DNA of 64,000 nucleotides from Antedon mediterranea. Its lineage: Eukaryota; Animalia; Echinodermata. Below the pieces are notes generated by a model. The model saw only the letters and a program-made list of their open reading frames with translations, was not told the DNA's origin and searched no databases. The first letter of the stretch is position 1. Every line of letters begins with the position of its first letter. Positions 1 through 13,173 of the stretch are shown here, one piece after another. The DNA is taken from positions 7,249,812 through 7,313,811 of the forward strand of contig NC_092675.1 in the NCBI RefSeq assembly GCF_964355755.1, written 5' to 3'. Position numbers and translations under genes: made by a program.

Positions 1-135
1 GATGAGATGATGGAATACAAAATGCATACGATAAATATGGGCCTAAGAATTCAAACAAATAACGGAAAGATCCTTTAAATTGATTGCCTTAAAAATGTAT
101 TTAAAGCATAATATTTAAAACTTAATCAGATCATA

Positions 136-469
136 CACTGTAAAAATAGTGTTTTAAATATGTATTTTGTACTCACTTTTTCCACACGTTAAGCCTTAAA
201 TATGTTTAGGAAGATGTTCTAAATGATACATTCTAAACATGTAGTCTGTATCCAACTCAAAACATCGGTGACGTGTTAATTGTATGTGGAGCAATATAAA
301 GACACGTTTAGGTTTAAAACGTGTTTAATTTTGCCAAGTGGGAAACTTTTTCCCGCCACAGTAAAATCAAAGTTAAACACGTACCTAAACATGTAACTCG
401 TGTTTAAAAGCTAAACGTGTGGAAAAAGTGGGTACAAAATAGGTGTTTAAGATCTAAACACTATTTTCA
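136..469. mobile_element. Palindromic MITE with CACTG terminus (CACTA/EnSpm-like non-autonomous); right end degraded
   Basis: Starts CACTGTAAAAATAGTGTT after TA; the arms TTTTGTACTCACTTTTTCCACACGTT and AACGTGTGGAAAAAGTGGGTACAAAA are inverted; a related copy lies at 31597-31861. Confidence 0.6.
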
Positions 470-1084
470 AAGACATAATGAAGAATAATATTAGAGGGCC
501 TACTTAAAAACCATACTATATTAACTGGTCAACATAACGGAACTGGTATAAAATCATAGTAGTATAGTTAGACTTTCTTCACTGATGTTATTGTGATTAT
601 GCGCATTTAATGACACCGAATAAATTTATTTTAAATCCGAAGCCTAATGATACTCTAATGGATGACTTTAAGCCTACTATTTTTATAATATTAAATCATT
701 TTAACAGACTGAGAGTATGGTGAGCTAATTAGCTGTCATTTATTCGAAAATAAAGATAGGTTAAGTAATACTGTATGACGTTACATGACCTTACCGCCAC
801 CCCGCCCCACCTCATATTCATATTAAAATTAACACATTATATTAAACTAGGTATAGTATAGGTAGCCAACACATGATTGTTTGTCAATTTAAACATAGAA
901 AAATAGTGATAAAATGAAATATTTCTTAAGTTGTACATACGCCTACATAGGTATTTATAAAGCAGGCTTGTAGTTTGAGTATGTACACGGCCCCGGGTCG
1001 AAGAGCAAGGCCTAGTTGTTTATTTTGGGCCTTCGTCTGGGAGTAAGTGAGTTTACCAATCTCAATTATTGACATTTAGGCCTA

Positions 1085-1302
1085 AGCGTGGTTCCCACTT
1101 GCGGCGCAACGTTAAACAACGCTACGACGTATTGACGCAAAGTGCTGTATTGCGTAATCACAAGTGGGAACCGACGACGCAACAGTGCTGCAAACATCAC
1201 AGGTTTGATTTCACGCAGGCGGGAGAAAACACAATTATCGGAAGGGCATTTTTTTACGTTGCGTAGGTTGCGTTACGTTGCGTCGCTAGTGGGAACCAAG
1301 CG
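1085..1302. mobile_element. PIF/Harbinger-like MITE, family B (~210 bp, TIR AGC(G/T)TGGTTCCCACTAG)
   Basis: TIR AGCGTGGTTCCCACT ... AGTGGGAACCAAGC; flanks CTA/TTA; body shared with about 10 other copies in the window. Confidence 0.8.
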
Positions 1303-1439
1303 TTAGATGTTTCATCGTGCTTGGTCAATTACTTGCAGTGGCCGGTTACGATCTTGCGTTGCGTCAAAATGGGATTCGAGATTTAACATCAAGTTTAATT
1401 AATTTGAATTGAACACCGGGTTCAACACCCAGTTCATGT

Positions 1440-1800
1440 AATTTCATTCATTCACCTTTTTATTTCGGAATACCATGGTGACATAATAGGCCTATATCCA
1501 TAGCAAAAGAGAGAAAAACCATTCTTAATCTAAGAGCTCATGAACAAAAACAAAAATATATATATATATAGTCAATGCAACAAGTCATTCCATTGTATGT
1601 GCATTCTTGACACATTAAGAACGTGCCGATTAATGGCCATGATCAAAGAATGGAAGAAACAATTCTTTAATTATCTTGATATATGTAAAAACACATTATA
1701 CGGCAGAGAAAAACATTTTAATGCGGGCTTACATAATTTCACTTAGTATTTTGATAATTTCAAAATAGGTTTACTGTGTTAGCACTAATGAATTCTAATA
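1440..1800 (-). mobile_element. Possible degraded LINE (L2/CR1-like) 3' end
   Basis: Minus strand ends AATAAAAAGG(TGAA)n; an upstream minus-strand frame reads KNCFFHSLIMAIN, reminiscent of LINE ORF2 C-termini. The match is weak. Confidence 0.25.
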
Positions 1801-2279
1801 CATTACAAAGCCGAGACTCCAAACGCATTTTAAAGACATTGAAGATTAGATGCATCAAGAAATTACACGAAAATCTCGTAACTATATTTTTTTTAAATCA
1901 TCAGGTGCTTAAAATCATTATCATTGCATCGTTAATATAATCCTTTATTATATCATTTTCATCATTATTATTATTAATATTTTAATATGTTTGCATCATC
2001 ATTATGTATCATTGTTGTAGTTTTAACCATTTGTTTCCAAGCTAGATGAGACGTTGTTCTTTTTTACCTCTGATTGAAACATTGGAATAAAAATAAATAT
2101 AGGACGAGAATCACGTATAATTCGTCAAAGTGACGAATTAAAATATTTTTAGATTTTTGAAGACCTGTAAGTAACTCCATCATGTTCATTCATTTTGCGA
2201 ATGCGGGAACATTCGACACAGTTTGATTGACACAATTTGATGAATTCTAGGTCCACACAGCAAAATTTGAAATTCTAAG

Positions 2280-3806
2280 CAAGAAAAAAAAATCTTGTTT
2301 TAAGAAAAAATTCTTAAAATAAGTATTTTTTTTCTTGTCAAGATTTAAAATTACTTAAAACAAGAAATAATTTTCTAGAAAAGACACATTTTCTTAAATT
2401 AAGTTTTGCAATATTCTTGAAAATGCTTATTACAAGAAATATTTTACTTAAAATAAGAAGTCAATATCATTCTCTTCTTATTAAGAATAGTTTTGCTTAA
2501 AACAAGATTTGAAAATACTTAATTTGAAAAGTATTTTACTTAAAATAAGAAATCTATATTATATTTATCCCTATCAAGAATAATTTTTCTTAAATCAAGA
2601 TTGATGAATTATAAAAATTACTTAAAACAATAAATATTTTTCTAGGTAAGACAAAGTTTCTTAAATTAGGTTTCGCAATAGTCTTGAAAATACTTGTTTT
2701 GAGAAATATTTTACTTAAAATAAGAAGTCAATTTCACACTACCCTTATCAAGATTATTTTTACTTGAATCAAGATTCGCAATATTCTTGAAAATGCTTAT
2801 TACAAGAAATATTTTACTTAAAATAAGAAGTCAATATCATTCTCTTCTTATTAAGAATAGTTTTGCTTAAAACAAGATTTGAAAATACTTAATTTGAAAA
2901 GTATTTTACTTAAAATAAGAAATCAATATTATATTTATCCCTATCAAGAATAATTTTTCTTAAATCAAGATTGATGAATTCTAAAAATTACTTAAAACAA
3001 TAAATATTTTTCTAGGTAAGACAAAGTTTCTTAAATTAGGTTTCGCAATATTCTTAAAAATACTTATTTTGAGAAATGTTTTACTTAAAATAAGAAGTCA
3101 ATATCATACTATCTTATCAAGACTATTTTTGCTTAAATTGAGATTCGCAATATTTTAAAAAATACTTATTTTGAGAAATGTTTTACTTAAAATAAGAAGT
3201 CAATATCATACTATCTTATCAAGACTATTTTTACTTGAATCAAGATTCGCAATATTCTTAAACATACTTATTTCGAGAAATGTTTTACTTAAAATAAGAA
3301 GTCAATATCATACTATCTTATCAAGACTATTTTTGCTTAAATTGAGATTCGCAATATTTTAAAAAATACTTATTTTGAAAAATGTTTTACTTAAAATAAG
3401 AAGTCAATATCATACTATCCTATCAAGACTATTTTTGCTTGAATTCAGATTCGCAATATTCTGATTTTGAGAAATGTTTTACTTAAAATAAGAAGTCAAT
3501 ATCATACTATCTTATCAAGACTATTTTTACTTGAATCAAGATTCGCAATATTCTTTAAAATACTTATTTTGAGAAATGTTTTACTTAAAATAAGAAGTCA
3601 ATATCATACTATCTTATCAAGACTATTTTTGCTTAAATTGAGATTCGCAATATTTTAAAAAATACTTATTTTGAGAAATGTTTTACTTAAGATAAGAAGT
3701 CAATATCATACTATATCCTATCAAGACTATTTTTGCTTGAATTGAAGTCAATTCTATTTTAATATTCTGAAAAATACTTATTTTGAGAAATGTTTTACTT
3801 AAAATA
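2280..3806. repeat. Left subterminal array of the CACTA-like element: ~102-bp tandem units plus a 370-bp duplication
   Basis: GAGAAATGTT-type word recurs at 3071, 3173, 3275, 3377, 3469, 3571, 3673, 3785; ATATTCTTGAAAATGC at 2411 and 2781. Confidence 0.9.
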
Positions 3807-4469
3807 GATTGTCATCCTTATATTCACACAACGGTAGAGCAGTTAGCACTTCAGTTTCAACTGATGAAAGAATCTGGGTAATCAAACTGTTTGTGCTTTG
3901 AATAATCGATTGCACTGCAACCTAAAGAAAATAATATTGATTTAATATTTTTTATATTCAAGTTTTAATATGTTTAAAAACTAAGTTGTGCTTTAGTTGG
4001 GGAGCTATGCAGCCTAACAAAAAAAATGTTATTTGTAACAATGAAATTGGTCACAAAAAAATGCAACATAATTTTAAAGCAAAATGGCTTACCTGTGGAA
4101 TCTTGTTTCTCTCCTTTAATTTTAGTAGAAAGAAATCAGCATTTTTTATAATATTATCTGCTTGTTAATCATCTCTAGTTAGTAGGCCTTCTTGCTGAGC
4201 ATCAACAAGATAATTAATATTAAACAATCAATAACAGTATAACAATACTAGAATTATCACTACTACTATCGTCAGTTGATAAATCATCCCCGTTATAATA
4301 GTTTTTTTCTTCATTAACTTCGTCAGTCTCCTAGTCTAGGCCTAGTTCTACTTCATCCTCAATTGGCATCCTCGTTTTCTCCAGGCATACTTATATACTG
4401 ATGTTTCCATCGTCAACTGCAGGAGGTTGCCGATTGTTATACTCGTCCTTAAAATGGCGTCTTATGACA

Positions 4470-5291
4470 GGGATATGACCGGTTGGGCCGCCGACAAGTT
4501 GAGCCGCCGGTAATTTCTATGAAACGTCCAGTGCGTCTTTTACGACATTTCGCGTAGTGATAGAGGGGTTTCCTAGTACATAAGTTCATGGTCTTTAGGT
4601 TTATTGTGTCATGAAAATAAATAATATATATAATTACATACTACAATTTTGTTGGTTTGAACCGCCATAACAACACAGCAAAGGAAAGTAGTCATATTTA
4701 ATAATTTAATTGTTTTTAATCTTTCAAGGTAAAAATGCAGTGCACTCCATAATATTTTTCTCGCGTAAAATCACGTTGTCTCTCAGGACTAATAGAGTAT
4801 TGATACTCTTCAAATGAGGTTAAATAATTATTATTTTTTATCTACTATCTTTTAATATCATATTTTATTGAATTTTACAATGTTAATACACAGAATATTT
4901 TACTAAAAAACGGTGATTTTATGCAATTATTTTACCGAAAAATGGAGTAGGCCTAGTTCATACAACTGCCGCCTAAGGGGGCAACATGTTTACGTCATTT
5001 TTGGCTAAAAACGATCACTTTCGGTCATGTTTTAGGCCTTATATTTTGGAATCTACAAACAAGTCAGATATTCATAATTATTTCTCTTTAATTATAATAT
5101 TTAATAATATATATTAAAAACCGTGATATATAAACTTTGGAATATACATCGTTATATCTAATAATTAATATAAATAGAACTTCTATTAAATAGAAACGAG
5201 CACCGGCGAAAGTAAGCATTTGGCGTTTCATAGAAAATAACGTTTTTCTGGCGGCGGCTCAACTTGTCGGCGGCTCAACTTGGCCTAATCC
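4470..5291. mobile_element. Non-autonomous TIR element (GG...CC ends, 8-9-bp TSD; Merlin- or Mutator-like) nested in the CACTA-like element
   Basis: TTATGACA at 4462-4469 and 5292-5299 (extendable to CTTATGACA); inverted arms GCCGCCGACAAGTTGAGCCGCCG / CGGCGGCTCAACTTGTCGGCGGC extend ~80 bp. Confidence 0.8.
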
Positions 5292-6352
5292 TTATGACAT
5301 GCTTGTAAAACGAATTGTAAATTCCAAAGCTTGCCGGGCAGCGAACCACCAATTCCACATGTTACTCGAAAATTCGGAGTATTTCCATGAATTGAATTAT
5401 AATGCCTTAGCAAATAGGGTAGCAAATACTGTACCTACTTCAGTTTACTGGCACCAACTTATCGCTTTTTTTCGGACTGCAACAAACATGTGTCATTATT
5501 ATTGTCTGTCGTATTACTGTTGGTCCAGACGTTTTATAGATTTGCTTTAACCACCATGGAGGTTTATACCTCCATGCTTTAACGTTGAGCAGTATAATGA
5601 CCTTATACATTCTGGGTAAAAGGCCAGCGATAAATTTTTGGTTATAGTTGAAAAACAACACTGTGTGTGGTCGATGACCTAGCTCCCGGCGGGATCATGG
5701 CCAACGGTTTTTTAAAGTAATCATTCAAAATCTAGAGTTTGTAAGTAAAAGACACCTTTCATCGTAATTTATATATTAAATGCTTCAATAGGCCTAGTAA
5801 GATTAGTCTAATATAATGTCGAAGGAAGACGCTAATAATTATATTTTAATCTGCCAGCAGTCTAGGCCTAGCCTAGGCTCCTTCCTAGTTAGTAATACTG
5901 TAGGCCTGGAACTAGTAGGTCTAGGATAGCCTACTATGCCTGTATTGACGGACAGGTGTATAGGTTTAGCTTAGCATTTTAGTTCAGACATTGACAGAGG
6001 GGACAAATATTGTCGGACCTATTTCAGCTAGGTATAAGGAAGGCCTAATAATAGATAATACAATTATAATGTAACAGTTATTTTGCAATGTAGCCATGAA
6101 ATATCTACGAAGGATTATATTATATACACATATTCCAATGAGAAATATAATGACATTTAAAAACACTTCTTTATATTTAATTAATTGTACACACTAAGTA
6201 ATCCCCGAAGTGATCACATCGATATTGAAACTTAATGTTTTTAACTCTAAATTTTAAAAAAAACATACTAAAAAAACAAACAAAAAACATACGTACTGCA
6301 TAACTAAAATTGTTATATTAAATTTCTTTTTTTATCTTAAATTATTTGTTAG

Positions 6353-7842
6353 GTAATTGAAGAAGTTCGAAGGATACTAATTATTACTAGGCAAAGAGGA
6401 ATGAAATACAAAAGAAAGCTTTTTAAAAAAGTGCTTAGCAAATTTTTCCAAAGAAGAGAATAATATAGTTTATTTTGGTATTTTAAAGAGAAACACCAGT
6501 CCTCCATCTGGTAAGTACAGTGTATGTTTTTGTACTTTTATCTATTCATAAATATTTTTATAATGGACCAATGGTAGTGAGGAAAATACGTGTACATATT
6601 GTGTACGTATTTTTAACAGCTTGGTTCGACTCAAGCTAGTGTCATGCACTCCTCCCTTTGACAACTAAAATTAAATAAATGACTTATGAATATTAATTTT
6701 TGACATATTAATGCTCTCCTGGCCAGCCCACCCTTTCCCCTTCCTTTTACATTGACCACCTACAAAACTGTAGACTACATTATTAAAAATTTGAGCTACA
6801 GTATATTAAGTTTATGTCCATACATTATTCCACTCATTTAAATAAATTTATATAATATAATGTTTTCAATTTGTTATTTTTGGTTAGTTTCAAAGATAAC
6901 CCATATGTTGTCAAATCTGTCAAACATATTTGTTGGGAAAAACTCATCAAAAAAAGTCTGCGGACCTTGAAGGTATTTAGTGTTTTTTAAAATTTAAAAT
7001 ACAAGTAACATTATGTACATTAAAAAAAAATATCTTAAAGTGTTTTTTTAAAATCAAATTTATCTTAGCTTAAAATTCGAGGTATATACTATGTTTACAA
7101 TAATTTATTAAAATCAAACAATTAAACAAAATTTACATTTAATTGTATGATTGTTATTATAAACATTGATACAGAATAAAAACATCAATCAGGATTGATT
7201 AGGATTGTCTTCCTAAATAGTAATATTAAAAATAAATTTAGACCCTAATAATTTAACTAAAAATAATAGATACAGCCAGGCCTGTCTTTGGGATCGGTAT
7301 AAACAGGGCAAAGTTTGTGATTAAAAAGTTCAAATGCATATTCCACCCACCCTTATGTCTTATAATGTAAAATTATTCTTACCACCGTTCTAATATTGCG
7401 TCATGTTTTTGTGTTTACCGCCCCAGATATAGGACTCTAAAACCACACCGTACCCAATTAGTTGATGATGTTACACATATTTTAAATACAGTAATAACTA
7501 AAACTATATTAATCTCTTTTCATTTTTAGGAACATGAATAAAGATCCAGAATCCTGGTCTTCACGCCGATCAGGTAATATGCCGGTATTGCTTTTGGACA
7601 CAGAAATGGCCTACATTAAAGTTTAGCAAACAATTCTAACTACAAAGAAAGCAAAATTAGATGAGGCTCTAGTTACTCTCCTCTCCACTTTTTACCTTCT
7701 GGATTTCGATTATCCAAAATGAAAAGAAGTAAGCCTCACTATCCTTTAACAGTTAGTGATTTGTGATGAAAACACACCTGTACACTTGACAAAGGCTGTT
7801 GAATCATCATTAGTATACATTAATAAATTTAAAGACACCTAA
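6353..7842 (+). pseudogene. Decayed multi-exon accessory gene of the CACTA-like element (SAMD3-C-terminal-like / ORF2-type)
   Basis: AG/GT-bounded exon-like blocks at 6353-6510 (VIEEVRRIL...), 6888-6972 and 7530-7842 (MPVLLLDTEMAYIKV*QTILTTKKAKLDEALVTLLSTFYLLDFDYPK*KEVSLTIL*QLVI). These resemble from memory the motifs of SAMD3-like proteins of animal CACTA elements; in-frame stops and frameshifts are present. Confidence 0.6.
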
Positions 7843-8089
7843 TAGTTTAAAGCCCAGGTGCGGGAGAAGAATTTTACGAAATTTGTATTTTACCATTTTA
7901 ATGTTTTTAAGTTTTCTTTTGATGGCATTTTATTATTAATAAAAACAAGTTTGTTTTAAAGAAGTTATATATATTATTGTACCTAATGTCATGTAAATTG
8001 TAGTTCTTAATGAAAATAACAGTATTGTTAATATTATGTTTTATAACATTCTTGAATTTATTTGTTTAAGTAAAATATTACTTAAAATG

Positions 8090-9790
8090 AGTATTCATTT
8101 ATCGTTCTTAAAATAAATTTTTAGTGATTTATATTTTATAGAATTCTTGTTTCAAGCAATTTTTTTCCCAATATAAGTAAGAATTTACGAATTTTAATTT
8201 GATAGAATTCTTGTTTCAAGCAATACTTTTCTTAAAATAAGTAAACATTTACTGGTTTTTATTTGATAGACTTCTTGTTTACTTATTTTAAAAAAAGTTT
8301 TGCTTGAAACAAGAATTCTACAAATAAAAATCGGAATATTCTTACTTATTTTAAGAAATATATTGCTTGAAACAAGAAAACTAAAAATATAAATCGGAAT
8401 ATTCTTACTTATTTTAAGAAAAATATTGCTTAAAACAAGAATTCTAAAAAATACAAACCGGAATATTCTTACTTATTTTAAGAAAAATATTGCTTGAAAC
8501 AAGAATTCTACAAATAAAAATCGGAATATTCTTACTTATTTTAAGAAATATATTGCTTGAAACAAGAATTCAAAAAATACAAATCGGAATATTCTTACTT
8601 ATTTTAAGAAAAATATTGCTTGAAACAAGAATTCAAAAAATACAAATCGGAATATTCTTACTTATTTTAAGAAAAATATTGCTTGAAACAAGAATTCAAA
8701 AAATACAAATCGGAATATTCTTACTTATTTTAAGAAATATATTGCTTGAAACAAGAATATTAAAATTAAAAATCGGAATATTCTTACTTATTTTAAGAAA
8801 AATATTGCTTAAAACAAGAATTCTAAAAAATACAAATCGGAATATTCTTACTTATTTTAAGAAAAATATTGCTTGAAACAAGAATTCTACAAATAAAAAT
8901 CGGAATATTCTTACTTATTTTAAGAAATATTTTGCTTGAAACAAGAATTCAAAAAATACAAATCGGAATATTCTTACTTATTTTAAGAAAAAAATTGCTT
9001 GAAACAAGAATTCAAAAAATACAAATCGGAATATTCTTACTTATTTTAAGAAAAATATTGCTTGAAACAAGAATTCAAAAAATACAAATCGGAATATTCT
9101 TACTTATTTTAAGAAAAATATTGCTTGAAACAAGAATTCAAAAAATAAAAATCGGAATATTCTTACTTATTTTAAGAAATATCTTGCTTGAAACAAGAAT
9201 TCAAAAAAATACAAATCGGAATATTCTTACTTATTTTAAGAAATATATTGCTTGAAACAAGAATTCTATAAACTACAAATCGGAATATTCTTACTTATTT
9301 TAAGAAATATCTTGCTTGAAACAAGAATTCAAAAAAATACAAATCGGAATATTCTTACTTATTTTAAGAAATATATTGCTTGAAACAAGAATTCTATAAA
9401 ATACAAATCGGAATATTCTTACTTATTTTAAGAAATATATTGCTTGAAACAAGAATTCAAAAAAATACAAATCGGAATATTCTTACTTATTTTAAGAAAA
9501 ATATTGCTTGAAACAAGAATTCTATTTTAAAAAATCGATAAATTGTTACTTATTTTAAGGCAGATACTGCTTAAAACAAGAATGAAAAAAGCAATTAAAT
9601 TCTTGGTAAGAATATTGTTCTTAAAGTATTATTTCTTGGTAAGAATAATTTTCTTGATAAGAATTTGTGTGATTCTTGTTAAGAATTTTACGATTCTTGG
9701 TAAGCCAAAAAGTATTGAAATACGGACAAGTCAAAATTTACTTGTTTCAAGAAATATTTTGCTTGAAACAAGTTTTTTTTTTCTTAAAAC
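8090..9790. repeat. Right subterminal array of the CACTA-like element: ~20 copies of a 63-bp unit, with a few inverted units at 8090-8280
   Basis: Unit CTTACTTATTTTAAGAAAAATATTGCTTGAAACAAGAATTCAAAAAATACAAATCGGAATATT; it explains the 21-aa periodic ORFs 8490-8876 and 8869-9255. Confidence 0.95.
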
Positions 9791-10049
9791 AAGAATCAGA
9801 ATTTTGCTGTGCAGGCGGCGACCAATAACGCTATAAACTTAACTGTTGCTTTTTTTGTATATATAAACTTGTCTGTCAATAAAATTCAATCAATTCAGGT
9901 TCCAAATCTAATATTAGATTTAACATTATATATATTTATATATAAGCCCAATAAAACAATTATAATTATATACACTGGGCGTAAGCCTAACTTTCATATT
10001 GGTAAAATGATTTGCTCTGCTCGTTCTGTGTGCGTCTGTGAACTTTTGC

Positions 10050-10394
10050 GACCAATTTACACAGACGAGCGGTAACGGTAAGCGGAAAACCGCATAGCTT
10101 GTCCCACGTGGAATCTAGTATTTGAGTGGAAACCGCCAGTCCGCTTCGCGCTTTGTATAAAGAATGCAACGCAGCGACGTATTGACGGAAAGTGGGAACC
10201 GACGGCGCAATAGTGCTGCAAACATCGTAGGTTTGATTTCACGCAGGCGGGGGCAAACACAATGATTGGAAGGGTATTTTCTTACGTCGCGTAGATTGTG
10301 CTACGTTGCGTCGCTAGTGGGTACCAAGCTTAAACTGGCATAAGGAACAACATAGATTAAATTTGTTATTAGCGTTCGTCTGTGTAAATTGGTC
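10050..10394. mobile_element. Harbinger-like MITE (TIR GACCAATTTACACAGACGA) containing a truncated family-B MITE (~10160-10330)
   Basis: GACCAATTTACACAGACGA at 10050 and TCGTCTGTGTAAATTGGTC ending 10394; family-B body and right TIR lie inside. Confidence 0.65.
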
Positions 10395-13173
10395 TTTATT
10401 CGCTGTAGGCTTACTTTTAATTTGATGGCCCGTTTGCTTTTTACGTGATACACCAGACGAGTTATGTTGTACATACAAACAAATGAATAAAATCAATAGT
10501 CTAGTCCATGGACCATTGTGTTTTTATAGACATGGACTATAATGTTTCGCTTTGACTACGCGTGCAAATGGATCTTATGTTTCGTAAGCATAACCATTGT
10601 CATTTTCAATGTATTTGCGTATGTGACATTATAGTCAAACGACATCACCAAGAAGGGTGATTACGGAAAATAATATTTATATTATTGTATCCCATACCAA
10701 CGTGACACATGGAAGTTCTATTGAAAATTACGACCAATTTTTGCGCAGTTTGAAAGTCTAGACGATTAATGTCACGTGTGAGCTTCTCCACGCGTAATAA
10801 ACAAAACCCAAGTTTCATTTGGGAAAATAACGGTTAACATAGAAATGGCCTAGTTCCAAGAATAGTTCATTGGCGTAGTACAGTACATTAAAGTCAAATG
10901 CAAGATTATTAGTTTATCACATCCATTTCCCGGTGGCTGATAATAATAAAAGGACTTTAACCCAATGAATCGAATTTAATTTATAGCACTATTTGCCTAT
11001 CAGTCAATTGTGTAGGCCTATCGATAATTTTTGGTTTCGATTCCATTGTATAACTTTCTTACACATCAAGCATATGAGCTGACTAATTGAACACGCAGTC
11101 TATTATGATATATATAATATAATAACTAAATTCAATGTTAACATTTGAACTGAGCTACGCCGTCACCTCTCTTCAACCTCTTTCTTCAATGCCGAAATTA
11201 AAGCTCTGTAGTTGCGTTGGCCTCCCGTCGTCATCTGCAGATTTTCATTTTTCGTGGTAGGCCTACTTATTGTTTGAATATTTATTTTAGTATACTGCAG
11301 GAGGGTGTGTTTGTCAAAAGTTCAAAATCAGGAATATTACGTTCTTTTCGACTGTAGAATTAACCGTATTTAGGGATGGAGGATGATGGCAAAATAGAGG
11401 ATTGCATTTTTTGATGATGATAAATAATTAAGAAAAATCTGAAAATGATGATGACAATAGCGGTATAGATGTAGGTACATGTATCCCTCTTGAACTCAAA
11501 CTATTCAACTGAAGTATGTACATCGGTTCATGTAACTGATCACCCGTATGTTAAACATACGATAATCTTGATTTGTGTGCGATAAGTATGGCGGTGGGGG
11601 TAAGTGCAGACCTACGCGTATCAAGCCCGCACGCGACCGCCTCACAAGAATCTAGTTGTTGATAATAATTGTTTTTTAGTGTGATTAATTATAATAATGA
11701 TGTTTTTATGACGCTTAATGCTGAATGCATTAATCACATAGAATTGAGGCTAAGACTAGCTAATGGTGAATACTGAAACGGCGATAGATTTAATAGTGAG
11801 GTGATTATGTCGCGTATGTTTTTATACGCAAATATTGTAAACAACAAGAAATACGATAGAGTTTGTCGTGGAGGGTTGATTAAACATAATCCGGCATACA
11901 ACTCTTGATTTACCTCAGGGGAAAATAAACATAAAGGTATCATTATGGACACGCACGTTCAGCCTCATAGATATTTGAATAATGTTGTTTAGGCCTAACA
12001 CAATAAAATAATGCGAATAAAGTGAAGAATAGCTCGATTCTTAAAATACCAACCCCTCTCAATATTTACTGTTACAAAGTAAATAGTTACCATTTGCGCT
12101 TGTCATGTATAATGATACATAGGCCTAAGAACCAGCCGAATAATGTCTGTTTGTTTCAATTGAAAAGGATTCTGCCTATATAAACATATTTAGATTATGT
12201 AATATATTTTTATATCACATTAATGAACAGAGTTTCATTAGCTTCGTTGATGTGGTTAAAAGGCTTGCTAATTATTATTATTCCCATGGTTTAGGTTCAA
12301 GTATTGGTTTGTGACAGTACCAGGATATGGACCTCATATAACAAAATGTAGTTCATACTAGTTTCTAGATGACTTATGATATTCAGTTAGAATCTATCTA
12401 CTGGCAGCTTCAGTGTTTAGAAAGTATGGCTTTGCTTTATCCACGGTACTGAGATTTAAAACAAAATGTTAGATGCTATGTTTCTAATCCGTGTAAAATT
12501 CTCCCCAAACACGTCCGGATTATACCTTAAAATGCCATCAAACCAGTAAAATTCGTTGAATATTTTGCTATTGGTATCTTATATTGTTTTATTGCAATCA
12601 TTATTGCGATTGGATATAAAAAATAAAAATACACAGAATGGTTAAAAGATTAAAACATTAAAGATAAAAAGTTACACAAAACATATTACTGGGTCACATA
12701 AAAAATATGCAGTACATAAACAACATCAACATATTTAAAACAGAGATGGAGGTGAGCACCGACAAAAGAAATAAAGATTTTCTACCATTGGTTGAAAACT
12801 CTAAAGTTGGTGATGAATTTCTTCGCTCTTTCAGTCTTTTATGGACGTCTGATGGACATAGCAGGAGGGAGGGGTAGTTTATTCGGTGCTCACTTTTTCC
12901 AATTTTGTTAAAAATATATTTTTCAGAGAGAATAGTCGGTCTTTATGCGAATTTAATCCAAGAGATATGAGAGCATCTTCATGGCAATCCACGGAGGATA
13001 CATTTCATAGCTCTTTTTGTTAATGCTTTCAAGTATTGTTGTTGCATGATATTGATCAAGATAAGCAACATACGCAACGTAAGAAAATGCCCTTCCAATA
13101 TGGCCTCCTGCGTGAAATCAAACCTTAGATGTTTGCAGCAATGTTGCGTCGTCGGTTCCCACTTGTGATTACG

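Larger units (their letters stand above)
2256..9811. mobile_element. CACTA/EnSpm (CMC superfamily)-like DNA transposon, ~7.55 kb, defective
   Basis: Termini CACAGCAAAATT (2256) and AATTTTGCTGTG (9811); 2-bp TSD CA (2254-2255, 9812-9813); long subterminal arrays of CTT-N5-AAG motifs; decayed internal gene. Confidence 0.8.

Noticed and set aside
1069-1266. Recurrent 'VLRNHKWEPTT' small-protein family (also 12979-13320, 21086-21460, 33369-33701)
   Set aside because: Chance translation of family-B MITE copies; the frames are not conserved between copies.
3171-3658. Duplicate 63-aa ORFs
   Set aside because: They are translations of the 102-bp subterminal repeat.
4085-4460. Minus-strand transposase exon(s) in the CACTA-like element
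   Set aside because: A donor-like CAG|GTAAGC is present on the minus strand near 4090, but I could not read any recognisable transposase peptide.
8280-9540. CRISPR-like array or repeat-protein ORFs (8490-8876, 8869-9255)
   Set aside because: The units are contiguous 63-bp tandem repeats with no unique spacers, there are no cas genes, and the context is eukaryotic; the ORFs start at TTG and simply reflect a unit length divisible by 3.
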